A DNA stretch of 64,000 nt. Origin: Camelus ferus (Eukaryota). The notes under the pieces are model-generated. The model saw only the letters and a program-made list of their open reading frames with translations. It made no database searches and was not told where the DNA came from. Below, in pieces: positions 1 through 12,980 of the stretch. Positions within the stretch are counted from its first letter, which is position 1. Each line of letters begins with the position of its first letter. Both the position numbers and the translations under genes were made by a program. The DNA lies in the NCBI RefSeq assembly GCF_009834535.1, contig NC_045707.1, positions 53,756,001 to 53,820,000 of the forward strand, read 5' to 3'.

Positions 1-657
1 AAAGTCCGGCTCTCAAGGGTCCTCTGTTAACAGGTCCAGGAGAGCAAAGACAAACTTCAGGTCAATGTACTTCTGGGCTAATGTTTGGCTGGAAATCAGG
101 AGACTCAAGGAAACATGAGAGAGACTCATACACGAGCTGGAGATGGAGCCAGGCGGCTTACAGGGTGGGCTTATTCTTCCTCGGGGACAAGCTCGGCCCC
201 AGTGGGATTCCACGAAGGTGGCAGAGTCTGGAAGAGGTTCACTGAAAACATGGTGATGGCCTCAGGGTAAATGGCCTTGGTAACAACATCGCAGCTGTGG
301 GTGAAGTACTCTGCTATTTCTCTGAGCCCTGTCTGCTTCACCTCCTTGAATTCGAGGTCACTAAGTGGGTCTGACACAAAGTCAAAGAGGACACAGCACT
401 GGTGTAGCTTCTGAATAAACATCTCCTCCGGATCCTGGGTTGGCGAGTCTTTCGTGGCAGAAAGCTTCTGCAGCTCCCAGTTCTTGCTGAGGGGAAAGCA
501 GGAGCCACTTTGCAGCTGGGTACTTGGGTACCTGGGTGCTTGATCTTGCTGAGCTGCTTGGGGGGCAGCTGCTGTTGCCAGGACACTTGGATGACTGCAG
601 CTGAGGCTGGGGCTGGGGCTGGGGTTGTGGCTGGGGCTAGGCTGGGTCTCCTCGGCT
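1..657 (-). pseudogene. PPP2R5D: Processed pseudogene of PP2A regulatory subunit B56-delta; 5'-truncated, frameshifted, continues past the left window edge
   Basis: Minus-strand translations in several frames give B56-delta motifs: degenerate QP-repeat region, [88 protein letters not shown]. No introns; frameshifts and a stop at 171-173. Confidence 0.92.
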
Positions 658-760
658 AGATATATGTGTGTATTTGTGTGTGTGTATGCATATATCCATG
701 TGTCTGTATATGTATAGCCTCTGTGTGTGTATATATATATATGTACACGTGTATTTATGT
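658..760. repeat. Degenerate (TA/TG)n low-complexity tract abutting the pseudogene 5' junction
   Basis: tatatgtgtgtatttgtgtgtgtgtatgcatatat... visible directly. Confidence 0.8.
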
Positions 761-3700
761 AGCTGAGAGAGAGGTGTGTATCTTTAGCACTGTTTTTAGC
801 TTCCACACCTCCACTTGTTCTTGGCTTTAGCTTTCCTATCTCACTGCCTTCCTAGTTTGTGTTTCTTTTCTGAACTGGTTTTGGTTACATATCCTTAACG
901 TATATTTTATACATAACATCCTCTGAAAATTATAGTTCATTAGAGATTTTGTGCAACTCTTTAGATTATTTAAATGCCTTAAAATCTTATTTGCTTATTA
1001 GAGAATCTCATCTCTCTCTCAAAAAAAAAAAAAAAGAGACTTGCCTTTTAGAATTTTAGGTTTACATTTATTTTATTTAAATTCCTTAACATTTAAAGGT
1101 CAAAAATATGAGTTTCAACATGTAAAGATATTAAGAGAACAAGGTCACACAGTCCCAAAATTCTAGTCCCTTCCACCTCATGAATCTGCTCATCATGCTC
1201 ACCCCAGTTTAAGTCCAGAGTAGAAATCACTTCATTAATCCCAAAATCTTCTGAGATGCTTTCCTGTTCTACTTTGAACATTGAGATTGAAATGTAGATT
1301 TGAGGCCATTTTCTGGATAATTGGATATGAACATCTGTTCTGAAAAACATACATATTTGAGACCAAAGTAGTTTTTTATCTGAATAGTTGCTTCAGCTTC
1401 CCATTTCACTCTGTCTAGACATTCTCTTTGAAAAATTATCCAAAAGTTAAATTCACTATATGAGAAAATATGTAAGTTGTATACACTCACAGAAAAATAC
1501 AACCACATAAAGAATATTCCGTGTTCAAATTTCATGTTCTAATAGGAGTAAAAGCAATACCCTAAATAACCAGGTCTTTAAAATGACTGAATCAAAGATA
1601 CAATGATAAGATTCTCATTATTTTCTCTATTAAATGAAAATTTTCATGAGGCACGTGCTCATTAAATTTAATATACAGAAACTGATCACTTTATTTAATT
1701 GTTGTTTAAAGGTTAACAATGACAGTGAATATGCAATATTTAGAAACCAAGTCTATACTTTCAAAATACTATGTGTTACTACAGCTTAAACCACAATGGC
1801 CAACATAACCTACAATCAATCTAACTACAGATAAATACAGTTTTAATGTATAAAAATCATCAAAAACCAATGCATAAATAAAGTAGTGGAGGCTATTAGC
1901 ACTCATAAGTGAGACCTAACTATTGCAAAAATAGTTAAAATATTTAATTTGTGATATACTCAAAGTTCTGGAAGAGACGTAGAGAATTTTTCTCTCAACA
2001 TCCTCCCTCACTTCACCAAGGAAATACAGTACCTGAAATACTGCACAGAGATAAAGGGCCATCCATTTTCAATCACCAAGGTTTTAAACTCTATTACAAA
2101 CAGATGTTTAAAAAAAACTTTCATTGTAATTGCATCTCGTCAGTTTTCTTATTGAATAATAATATATCCATTTCTCTCTTGTATTTTCCCAACTATTTGG
2201 GGAAAAAAAAACTCTTAAAATATTACATGCATCTTTTTCTCCCAAGAAATATCCCAAATTTGTTTAACTGCCTGACATGTCCTATAGTCACATCTTTAAA
2301 TATATATATGGGAACTATATAGTCCCCTCCAACTTTTAAATATATTTGTATTCTACTACACTTAAACACTGTTATTTTACACTTTTTTTTAACTTTATCA
2401 GTGAATAAGAGTATATATCTAAAAAGTTAAAATAATGATCTAAATTCTTTTACCACTGTCTCTCTTTTAAAGTAGTCTGGTTTTGACTACAGCTTATATC
2501 TATAATCTTTCAGTTGTGTGTTACTGGTCATTTGGGACCACATGAGATGGTATCAATAGTTGGCAGAAGTTATTCCCTAGTATTAGAAAATAAACTCATT
2601 AAGAAACTCCATCTTACATTTTAACAGTTACTACTATTGAAAGGTTTTGAGGGTTTACACCTTTCTTGCTTTGTAACACATTGGCTCTATTCTTGAATTA
2701 CAATTCCTTACCTACAAATAATTATACTATTAATAAAGAAAACATTCAAGAAGAATAATTCCTTAAAAATTAATTTATTTGACTCATAAATCAGCCTAAG
2801 ACAGTTATTTTCAAAAGGGCAAACTGATCTCTGCTAATAGAATAACCAGTGTTTTTCCCTAAATGAAAAAATCTATAACCTTAGCTTTTTATAGAATTAC
2901 AATAAAGAAGCTTTCTCATTTGAGTAAATATACAAACTAAAAATTTTTAAATCATGTTAATGCAATTTTAGCTTCTATTCGCAACAATTTCTTAGGCTCT
3001 AAATCATATGTAACTGGGCACAAAAATTTTGTTTATTACATGTGGTATCTTTATCCACCATGATTTGATAATCAGTCATGACCTCATTAATAGCCTTTAA
3101 AAATCACTTAGAATAATCAATTATTTTGGAAAAACATTTGGAAAATTTGTTACTAATAGTCAAGAAAATTTCTACGACTTTAGTGTGCATTTGAAGTCTC
3201 TGTAATAGTTAGAGATTTGTTTGGTTAAATTCATGATCCAAAGTACGTATTTCTACCCTGTAACTTTTTGCTAATTTATTGTAAACAGAGTAGTCAAAAA
3301 GCATCCTCTCAAAATATTCTCTATTATATCAAATTGCTATCAAATAAGTGATAATAATAACTGATTGCTAATTTAACTTTGACTATTAATGAGATAATCC
3401 TTTCAAATATTGTAGTAAGGAGAGTTTGCTGGGCACCTAAGGAATGTTAAAAGAACACCAGGAGAAGTCACACACAAGAGCTGGAAGGATTCAGACTGAA
3501 AAGCTTGGCTTCATGATTTTGCCTAAAGCAAGTTCTTCTCTTTCCTCTTAGCGCTGCAAATTACCGTGGCTCAACTTGTTAGTCTACTACACGCCTCAAA
3601 TTTTCACTCAGGCAAATCAAAATCTGATTTTTGAGAGTGTCAAAAGACCATTTAAGTACAAATCTAGTGTTTTTACTTACTTGGCCAAATAGATCAAGCT

Positions 3701-4747
3701 TATTCTTAATGAAATTAGAATTCCAGATTAGACCCACGGCTGTTTTTTGTTGGCCATTTTACTAAATGGATGAACTCTTTTCTGCCATGGGATGCTACAA
3801 CAGAAGGTCTGAATTAATTTGGGCAATGATGAATCTGAGTCATGTGTTTCCTACAAAACTGATTTAAAAATATAAATACCCTTTTATTTAAGGCAACCTA
3901 AATTGATCATCCTTGAAAAGTAAAAAGATATTTTGGAATTTTTTTCCTGATAAATCCATCAACTGGACATATCAATTTAATGTTGATAAAGCTACACATT
4001 ATCAACACATCACCAAATAAGTAAATACTTAATAAGTAGTGACCTGATGCACTACTAAAAATAGCTGCCATGAATACTATTCACCCAGTGTCACTCTAAC
4101 ATTTAGTATTTTGTTTTGTGAGAAGAAAATGACATTTGTTAAATTATTTTGATAATATCTATTTTATTCTTTCAAATAGATGTATATTTTAATGTAAATT
4201 GTATTGCTATGAATACTAAATTTATTATAAGTACATTAATTTTTCACCATTTTTCTGATTTTCATCAGCAAATGTAGTAACTGTGGCAATGAAATTTTAC
4301 ACATCACTCTCACAATACCTAAAAGATTTTACAAGGCACACTTTTACTTAACACAAACAGCAATCCCCATGCCACTGCTTCATTTTTTTAAATCTCATAA
4401 TTTATGTGATTTTTTAAAAAGTAAAAAAAAAAATTTACTATTTTAGCCACTCATGTTTTAGGAGTCCTAGAGATAAACATTGCAGAGGTACAAAAACACC
4501 ATTTTGGTACCTTAAGAAACTAACTCTGTGCACCATGTCAACATTCTTGATGGGTCAATTTATTGGTCTTACCGTATAAAATATAATGTAAAATTTTAAT
4601 CAGTTTTATTTAAATTGCTTACAATTTCTCCATTTGTGATTTCAAAGCAAAATAGTATCTGGATTGTAAAAGCACTGGGAATTTGGAATAGTTGGAGAAC
4701 AGTAATTCAATCTGTTAAATCAATAATTTTCTTCACAGTATACTCAA

Positions 4748-4790
4748 GACAAACAGCTTATTTTTTTTTTTTTTTGACAAACAGCTTATT
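4748..4790 (-). mobile_element. Poly(A)-only retroposition insert with 15-bp TSD
   Basis: GACAAACAGCTTATT (4748-4762) + T13 + GACAAACAGCTTATT (4776-4790). Confidence 0.7.
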
Positions 4791-5509
4791 GAAATGAGGG
4801 CACACAAGGAAGTCAGTTATGTCCACATAGACTTAAAAATAACAAGGAATAAATGATAATGTTCAAGCTGGCACTATCCTGACAAGGCATTCATAGGTTG
4901 TAAAGCAGTCTAGAAGGATTTTTATGTAATGTGTCTGCACTCATAATAACTTTAACAGCTTTTACCAATTTGACCCAACGATCTAGCTTACATTTCCAAG
5001 AAATACAAGAAAAAAACTAATTTTGTCAATTTTGTGAAAAATTCAAGTTTATTTTTGATAGAACTGATTATGTAAATGAATCTATAATGTAATTCAAAAT
5101 GTATCAGCTGATTCATCCCTTAATGAAACTGCCTATCAATCTATTAGAGAAAAATAGAAACAGAAAAAAAAAATCTAATTTTGATCACCATGCAAGCCAA
5201 ACCAATAGAGAAATTATTGAATTTTTCTCAATTCATCAATTTAAGTGACCTAGGAAAGGCATTCAGTTTCATCTATTGACACTTAACTTTAACAAATTAA
5301 TAACATTTCCTTATAAGCTGAGTAATTAAATCGTATTTAATGGAGGGTAGAAGAGGAGGCCAGAGAGTGAGACTAAGTTGTCTAGATTCCAAAGAAGAGG
5401 CACCTGGGATGATAAGAAAAGAAAACAAAACTAACCAATCTCCTCTAATTTACAGATTATTTATGTAGTCTCAGCACCTAAAATCGTGCTCTCACGTAAA
5501 CAACATGTT

Positions 5510-5720
5510 CTGAGCAACTGTGAGGCATGGTGCAGTGACTTCATGGACATTCCATTATCTTATTTAATAAGTGAAACAATCATATAAGAACGATTACTAA
5601 ACCTAACAGCATATGAGGCAGTGGGGGTTAATAACTTGTCCAAGTCAGATAAGTAATAAGTGACAGAGAGGGGATTCTGTCTCAGGTCTGTGTAATTCAA
5701 AAGCCCATGCTCTTAGCCAC
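5510..5720 (-). mobile_element. MIR SINE fragment
   Basis: aataacttgtccaagtca...gtaagtgacagagagggga...caggtctg...tcaaaagcccatgctcttagccact resembles the MIR core. Confidence 0.6.
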
Positions 5721-6279
5721 TGTTGTTTATCACCTCCTTGTTATGAGTCCATTGACAGTGCATATGGCTACAAAGTGATTATCTAGAATATGTGACTATA
5801 TTAAAATTAATATAAAAATCTAAAAATGAATTTAGATAATTTGAAGTTTTCATATGAAATATTTTTCTCACTTTTTAAAAGAATTTGAACATCTAAGATG
5901 CTTCTACGTTTTATTCATTGTATTCAACAACAGCCTGGAAGTCTAAAGTTTTTTCCTAATTTCAATTATTTGAGAAAGAAACAAAACTTACAAACTCAGT
6001 ACATCAAAGGAGTCCAAAAGTTGTAAATTTGAATTACTGAATAATATGATCGCCTTTTAAAACCCCCACCCCAAATCTGCCAAACTGGTAGTTTGGCAAT
6101 ACGTGTGGAACATTTTTGGTTGATTAATGAATTTTTAAATTTTCAGTGAATATTTTGGAAAGATTGGAAAACACCAACAAACCCTAAAGTTACATTTATC
6201 AGCTTAGAGCTTACATGTGCTGGATGCTTAATATGTATGGGGTATTCTGCTAATGGCTACTTCTGTTACTCATTAAAAT

Positions 6280-6835
6280 AATGGTTATTACAAGTCATTA
6301 TGCAAAAGAATCACCTGGAAAGTTCATTGAAAATGCATATACCAGGCTCTTGGATTCTTGTGGTAGATATGGTATGGGTCTAGGAATTGATGTTTTTAAT
6401 GTATTCCGGTTAACACTGATGCAGGTGGTGCATGGACTCCTTTCAGAAACTGCATTAAATCCTTACAACAACTCTGTCAAGTAGGAATGACTATTATTCC
6501 CACTTCACAGAGGCGGTGTCTCAGGCTAGAGTTACACAGTTCGCTTAAAGGGGTCACACAGTCGAAATGGAGCAAAACTCTGACCTTGTTAGTGGACTCC
6601 TAAGCCCAATTTTTCTGAACACTATTATTCGTTATTTATGTTTCTCTAAATTAGTAGCTTTTAAGTCTGGCTGCTTGTTAATATCACTGGGGGAGTATTT
6701 TGCTTATTCCTGAGCTCCACTCTCAGAGAGTCTATCATAAGTGTTCGGCAGTTTCCACGAATCAGTATTTAAAAAAAAAAACCTAAGTGATTATAATGTG
6801 CAATCAGAATGGGGAAAAACTGAGAATCACTGTAC
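6280..6835. mobile_element. Cluster of MER5-like hAT MITE fragments and a MIR fragment
   Basis: gaatcacctggaaag...tgatgcagg (about 6305-6450); MIR-like ttattcccacttcacag (about 6460-6620); atcactggggga...tgattataatgtgca...tgagaatcactg (about 6660-6832). Confidence 0.5.
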
Positions 6836-9800
6836 GTCAGTAAAATTCCAAAATTTCTCATTTATCCAAGTTGGAAAGGCCGTAGATTAGGAAATGAGAC
6901 AGAAGGTGTAGATTTTCCTTGGCTGTTCACTGCTCTTGTAGTTTATTTCAGTACTGGTATAGTTGGATTGAAAAATACAAGCTCCAGACAACTTCCTGTT
7001 GCCTGGTCAGGTTTACAGAGGTCACCATAGATATCTTTCCATTGACTCCAGGATTATAGTTTTTCAAAAAAAAAGCTGCATAAATAATCTTTTTATATGA
7101 GCCTTGACATATACATCTTATTAATTAAAAACTAGGATTTTAATACATAAAATCTAATGGTGCCATCTATTTAGTTTGTTAAAATACAAGAATGTATTTT
7201 AAAAATGTAAGCTGAATTAACTTCCTCTTTCCATAAAGTTAAGTAAACTTACTCAAGAAAGGGAGAAAAACTACCACTTAGTTAAGCTTTGTTTCAACTT
7301 TTCCATAGTGCACTTTTTTTCATAAATCCTACAAATGTCAACATATAAGTCTTTCCTCATGCCCTCATAGCCCATATTATCCAAATCTCTAATTTATTTG
7401 TTTTTCTTTTTCCAGGAACTGGATACTTTAAAAACGTATTTTTAAATTTTTAAAATTTCAGACAACAGATATAGAACACACTGGCTTGCTCTGAATGTTT
7501 AGAGAGTTTGAGGTTATTGATATAACCCTTGATATATAGCCCAACAGAGAAATTAAAGTGTTTACTCAAATACCTACAAAGTGTCAGAAATCTTGGTGAT
7601 GGCTGATTGAGTCAGAAAGAGCAAAGACAATGAAGAGAATAAATTATGCACACACATACATTCACACATAGTTCCAAGGAGTCCCCTACATCAATTCCAA
7701 CTCACAAGTTCTCAATGTTATCTGGCTGAAGAGAAATATATCAATTAAATTCACGCGTTAAAAAAAAAATCTAGTCATTTACTCTTTTTGAAACCAGTTA
7801 GTGCATTTATATGTTGGTGTTTTGTCTTATTTCAAAATGTAATTTTTTTCTCCACTAGGTCTCTATGTAAAATGAAATTTTTTATGAATTAAAAGATCTG
7901 ATAAATAATATTCTGAGGTCAATTTTTATGTTGCACTCACAGGATTTTCAGATTTAATCTACATAAAATTAGAGTTTCAGGAACACTTATTTGTAGTATG
8001 TTTTTGCTCTTTGCAAACTTTACTGGAACTGTCAGATATTAAGCTTGAATTTAGGGACTTCATATACTTAAAAAACAATGTATAGAGATTTGATAGTCTC
8101 AAGATAACCAATTTTATCTTTAAACTTTCCATTGATTAGTATAAAAGAAATAACATTTTCCTCTAAGATAAAAGAAAACTTGTTCTTTGGCAAACGCCGT
8201 TTAAATCAAAGGATTTTTTGGACATCCTGAACCAATTATGAATCTGAAATGCCAGAAAGTTTAACAAATTTGTTCAAATTTTTATTGCTGGTTAATATCA
8301 ACGACAAAAACACAAATCAGTGTTGTTCGTTTAGGACCTAATTCTGTGTCTGCAATTCACCTTGGAAATTCAAAAAATATGTGAATTCAAAGAAATACCA
8401 TTAAAGAAGACTGCCTCTGATTATGCACTTAGGGTGCACAGTAGAATGAAACAGTTGGGTTTAATAGCTTTACTAACAAACGATAAAATGACTACTTTGA
8501 TTAAGTACCCTTATATGCTCACGCAACCCTAGAAGTTTCAAACTAGGTAAATGATGGTGATGAGTTAGGTAGATAAACAGATAGAGGTAGTTACGTCAGT
8601 TTTAGAAAAATAAATCTGCCGCCTCCAAAATATTATTTTAGCAAAAATAAAAGAAAATGAGAGAATGTGGCCAAGTCAGATAGGCGTAAACATCAGTATA
8701 TAGTTAAAGAAAGGTTAATTCAAATTAATAAATTAAATGATAGGGTATTATTTTTTCTCTCTTGGTATTACTGTTGTTTAGATTCTTGATAATAGTAAAA
8801 TGAATTGTTTCAGAAATTATTTTGGATACCATCACAGGTAATATAACCATAATACAAAATCTCTGGAGAATAGAAAAAATAAACACTGTTAATTTAAACT
8901 GTTCAGTGCAGCTGAATGTCATTTATTTATCAGCTATTTAGTAAGTGCTCTGCATTCTAGGAATGTCCCTTTCTTAGTATTGCCTTACAAGTCAGTTTTG
9001 AGCAGTGTTATTAAATAGAGATGTTCTATGAAAATCTGTCTATTTTTAAATGCTGAAACAATTCAGATAATTGAAAAGACGATTAATTTGATAATTTTAA
9101 ATCCATAGATTTGGCATGAACCATGGCTCAGACAATTGGACAAAATGTGTCAATTTTAAGTAAATTTAAGTTAATGCATCGCTGAATGTTCTAATTATTC
9201 AGAATACAGGACAAGTTCTGTTAAAATTCAAGTCTTCACTTCATGAAAGTCACATTTGTTCATATTTATCCCTTCTCGGGCTCTCAGTATGGTCCTTGTC
9301 TACTTGTTGAGAGTGTCCTTTTTCCCATGTTCATGATCTGCATAATAGTTAAGAGCAATAGACTTTAGGAAGCATCTTCTTTCAACATTCAACAGCTCTC
9401 TTTAATTGAAAGAAAATATGTTTACAGAGGTTAATGCAGATTTCATGAGCTTCCACCAGGATAGATTTGTGACTTCCACAAGTGACAGAAAATAAAAGGC
9501 TCCAAGCTCTACATGATAATCCAAGAAGGATCAGTGACAGTTTACTTGCATTTCTCCAGGGCTTTCTGGAGTCTTACCATCTTACCTGAAAAGTGAGTAT
9601 AAAGTAAGAACCTTAGGCCTCCACTCACAGGTGGGATATCTATTTTAGGATGGAGGGCTTTTTAACAAATCACATCACCTAGGTGGCAACTAAATTCTAC
9701 TTACTCTTATGGTTGACTCTGTAGGAAAAAGAAAAATATTGCTGCTGCTAATAGCTCCTCCTGTACCACTGAAGTGTCAGAAGAAACAGTAGGTGAAAGC

Positions 9801-12800
9801 TTGAGACTAAGCTGCAATTTTGGGAACAAAATAAAGGTAGTTTTCAAAGGAGCTGCAGTTTTTCTGGCCTATATGTTGGATAAGGGTGTATTGCCTTCCA
9901 TAAATAGTTAATGCGCTCTTTATCAGTAAATGTAATTTCCCTAATCTAGTCAGCTTCCTTCACTTGGATTGACCCTTACGGTTAAAAGCATAGTTTATTT
10001 AAGATAACTTTCTAGTCTGAGGGATATTGCTTATGGTCCTGAAACAGAATGATACTACTAGTTCATCCAGGTATGAAAATCTCCAAATTATCTCCATTGC
10101 TAGCATTTCATGATTCTTTGGCCAAAGTGACCATTAAATCCTCATGTAACCACACAGCATATAAAGCTCCTTGGCATGAAAACTTATTCTTTCCAAAATA
10201 ACTCTTTTAAAGTCTTTGGCTGACTTTTATAAATTACATTTTCAAAAGTTCCTAAGGGGACTGCAAGTACATTTTACTGTTGTGTCTTCCACATGTCTTA
10301 CGGAGGTACACAAAAAGAGTGAGGGGTAAAAAACAGACGTTGCTCGCAGTCTTACTATCCTGCTTTGATGATGGGGAGTGACTTTTGACAACGGGTAATC
10401 AGTTCTTACTGCTTGAGCTCCAACACCACAGAATAACCTTAAAATCCTAATGAATTCTTGGAGCTCCAAACTGTGTGTAATGCTGCCAAATCCAAGCCTC
10501 CGGATTAAACCATTAATGGCGTTAAACCATTTTTTTAGGGTCAGTGAAAAGTGTACATCAATTTGTCTATATATAGTGTGAAATGCATATGAACTCTTAT
10601 ATAAGGAAGGTCAGACTGAAAAAGGAAATTCAAGAAAGCAAACCGTGTTCCGCTGTTTTCTTCAATTGCTCAGATTGTATCTGACACGGAAGTCTCCTTA
10701 GGGTGAATTTGTATAGAGACAAACACATGAACTGTTCCTGCGGTGGTAAGACATAGTCAGAAAAAGGAATTCTTTTATGGAGAATGACTGTAAATGAAAA
10801 TTAAACTATATACCTATGTTGTATATGAAATATATAATTCTGACTATAATAGAAATCATATAATTTCATGGTTCACTAGTGCCATCCCCAGACACGTTCC
10901 CTTTGTTTCTTAACTTTTCTCACTCTCTGAAAGGGAAATAATGAGAAAGGAGATGTCTAAATGTTCATGTTAGGCATTTTTTTCTGAGCTCATAAAAGTT
11001 TATTTTATCACTTAATTGGCTTTTCTCCGTAATAAGACAATAAAAATCTCAGTGCTTTGAGGCTGCTAAACAACGCCCATCTAGTTGACAGTCTCAAGAA
11101 TTATTAGCAAATGATGGTGTTAGGTAAGTGCTGTGGGTCAAAGTGTGTAAATGTAACTGCAGCAGGACTGGAATACTAATGAATGTCAACAACCATTTCC
11201 TTACCTGCTCCCAATTCGTAATTCTTGCCCTGGTGGCCCTATATTACAGAAAGAATATTGTTTTCCAATTTATAGTCAGAAAGTCATTGGAGTGATGAAG
11301 ACTCTGTTCTTTAAGTAGGTATTAAGCTTATTGTCTTATTTTAAAAAATGCATGCAGCCCCGGAAAGGTGTATGAATAAAATTATCTCTTTTAAACAAAT
11401 TGTAGTTTTATAAAATAAAGTGTCATATCTTATATAAATAAATACTTACAGGTTCAGTAAAAATCAGACTAGTAGGAGGAAATTCTTTCAATGTATGGCT
11501 TTCATATCAATTTTTTTTTTTAGAAATTTAGTTTAATAGGAGTTTATGGTATGAGTTCATTTATGTCATAGGCAAAGAAACACCAACTATCAAATTCAGT
11601 CATTCAGTTCACTCAAAACAGGTTTCAAAGCAGTTTCCCTAATATCATTTCACACAGTATTTCCAAATATGGAACGATACAACTCATTCTACCTGTGAGT
11701 TATGGGCTGCAGACAGAACAACAATCATCACCCAAATTAGTTGGAAGGTTAAAGCAGGGAGAGAGGAAGGGAGTGAAGGACTGGTTTGCTACGAGCTTGC
11801 CTTCTGCTTATCCTTGTTCTAGATTTTTGTCTGTTTCTCTCACCTGATTCAAACCACAAATCTGTGCGCTAAGGTAGATATCCTTACTCTAACCCATGAG
11901 GTCACGGTACGTATTACTGGAGTGGGGATTCAGCCTTAAGATTCTGCGTCTTCCTTCGGACAATTTCTCCCCAAAGCTGAGATGTCCTGAATGCTGGTTC
12001 TAATTTTGTTACTCAATGAGAAAGTCACTTCTTTTTCGGTCCTCACTATCTTTGTGTAATAAGGAGACAGAACAAAAATGTTTGATGAAAATATCTTCCA
12101 GTCATTATGTTTTTGTTCTGAATGAGTAATCATTTGTAAGTCAGCCTGAGGCTGGCTAGTGACATACTATGGCCACCAGAGGCAGCAAAATAACATCCGT
12201 GAAAGGACAAGCTAACCTCAGACCCCAATCAATGCAGTCAATGCAACAAGTTCCTCTGAAACTGAATTGCAGCTTATAAAGCAATTGTGCACAGTCACAG
12301 TAAAACTGCAAGATAACGAGAGCATGGTGGTGTTTTTACAGTTTTACAGGGGAGTGAGATGTTGACCCCGACCTAAAGGGATTTAGGAGTGAATTATTTT
12401 TTCCTTTGATAAGGTGACTAGATGGCCTCTTTTTTTTTTTAATTAAAGTATATTTGATTTAGAGGTGAATTTTAGTATTTCAGTAAGCACAAGACTGACA
12501 GTAAATTTAATGAATCAACAACACTTTACTTAAAAGTAATTTCACCAAATAACAAAGCCCAATTTGTTTCAGTTAACGTCAAGGAGTATTAGAAGAGGGA
12601 AGTATTGGTTTCAAATTCAGCAGATTAAAAAATAGAAAAATGCAGAAACCATGAGAAATGGTTAAGATGAATGAGGGACAGGCAGAGGTCACTCTGTGAA
12701 ACTACAGCACAACTTAAAATATTTACTCATATGTCAGTACCAGATTTAAAGCCATACTTTCAATTAAATTTTTGAGTAGAGTTTCCTCCATTTGTCTAAA

Positions 12801-12914
12801 ATAGTAAAATCCTTTTAGACTAAAGCTGGGTATGGATTTTCCTCCTTAAATCCAATCAAATATTCAAAGTTTAAAATTGTAGGAGCTTCTGAGAAGATAT
12901 TGCAAAAATTTATA

Positions 12915-12980
12915 GGAAGGAAGGAAGGGAAGAGAGAGGAAAGAAAAGAAGGAAGGAAGAAAGGAGAGAGAAGGAAGGAA
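12915..12980. repeat. GA-rich (GGAA-like) simple repeat
   Basis: ggaaggaaggaagggaagagagaggaaag... Confidence 0.8.

Noticed and set aside
171..806. 211-aa ORF as a functional PP2A B56 gene
   Set aside because: N-terminus is translated microsatellite; homology is split by frameshifts and a premature stop; no introns.
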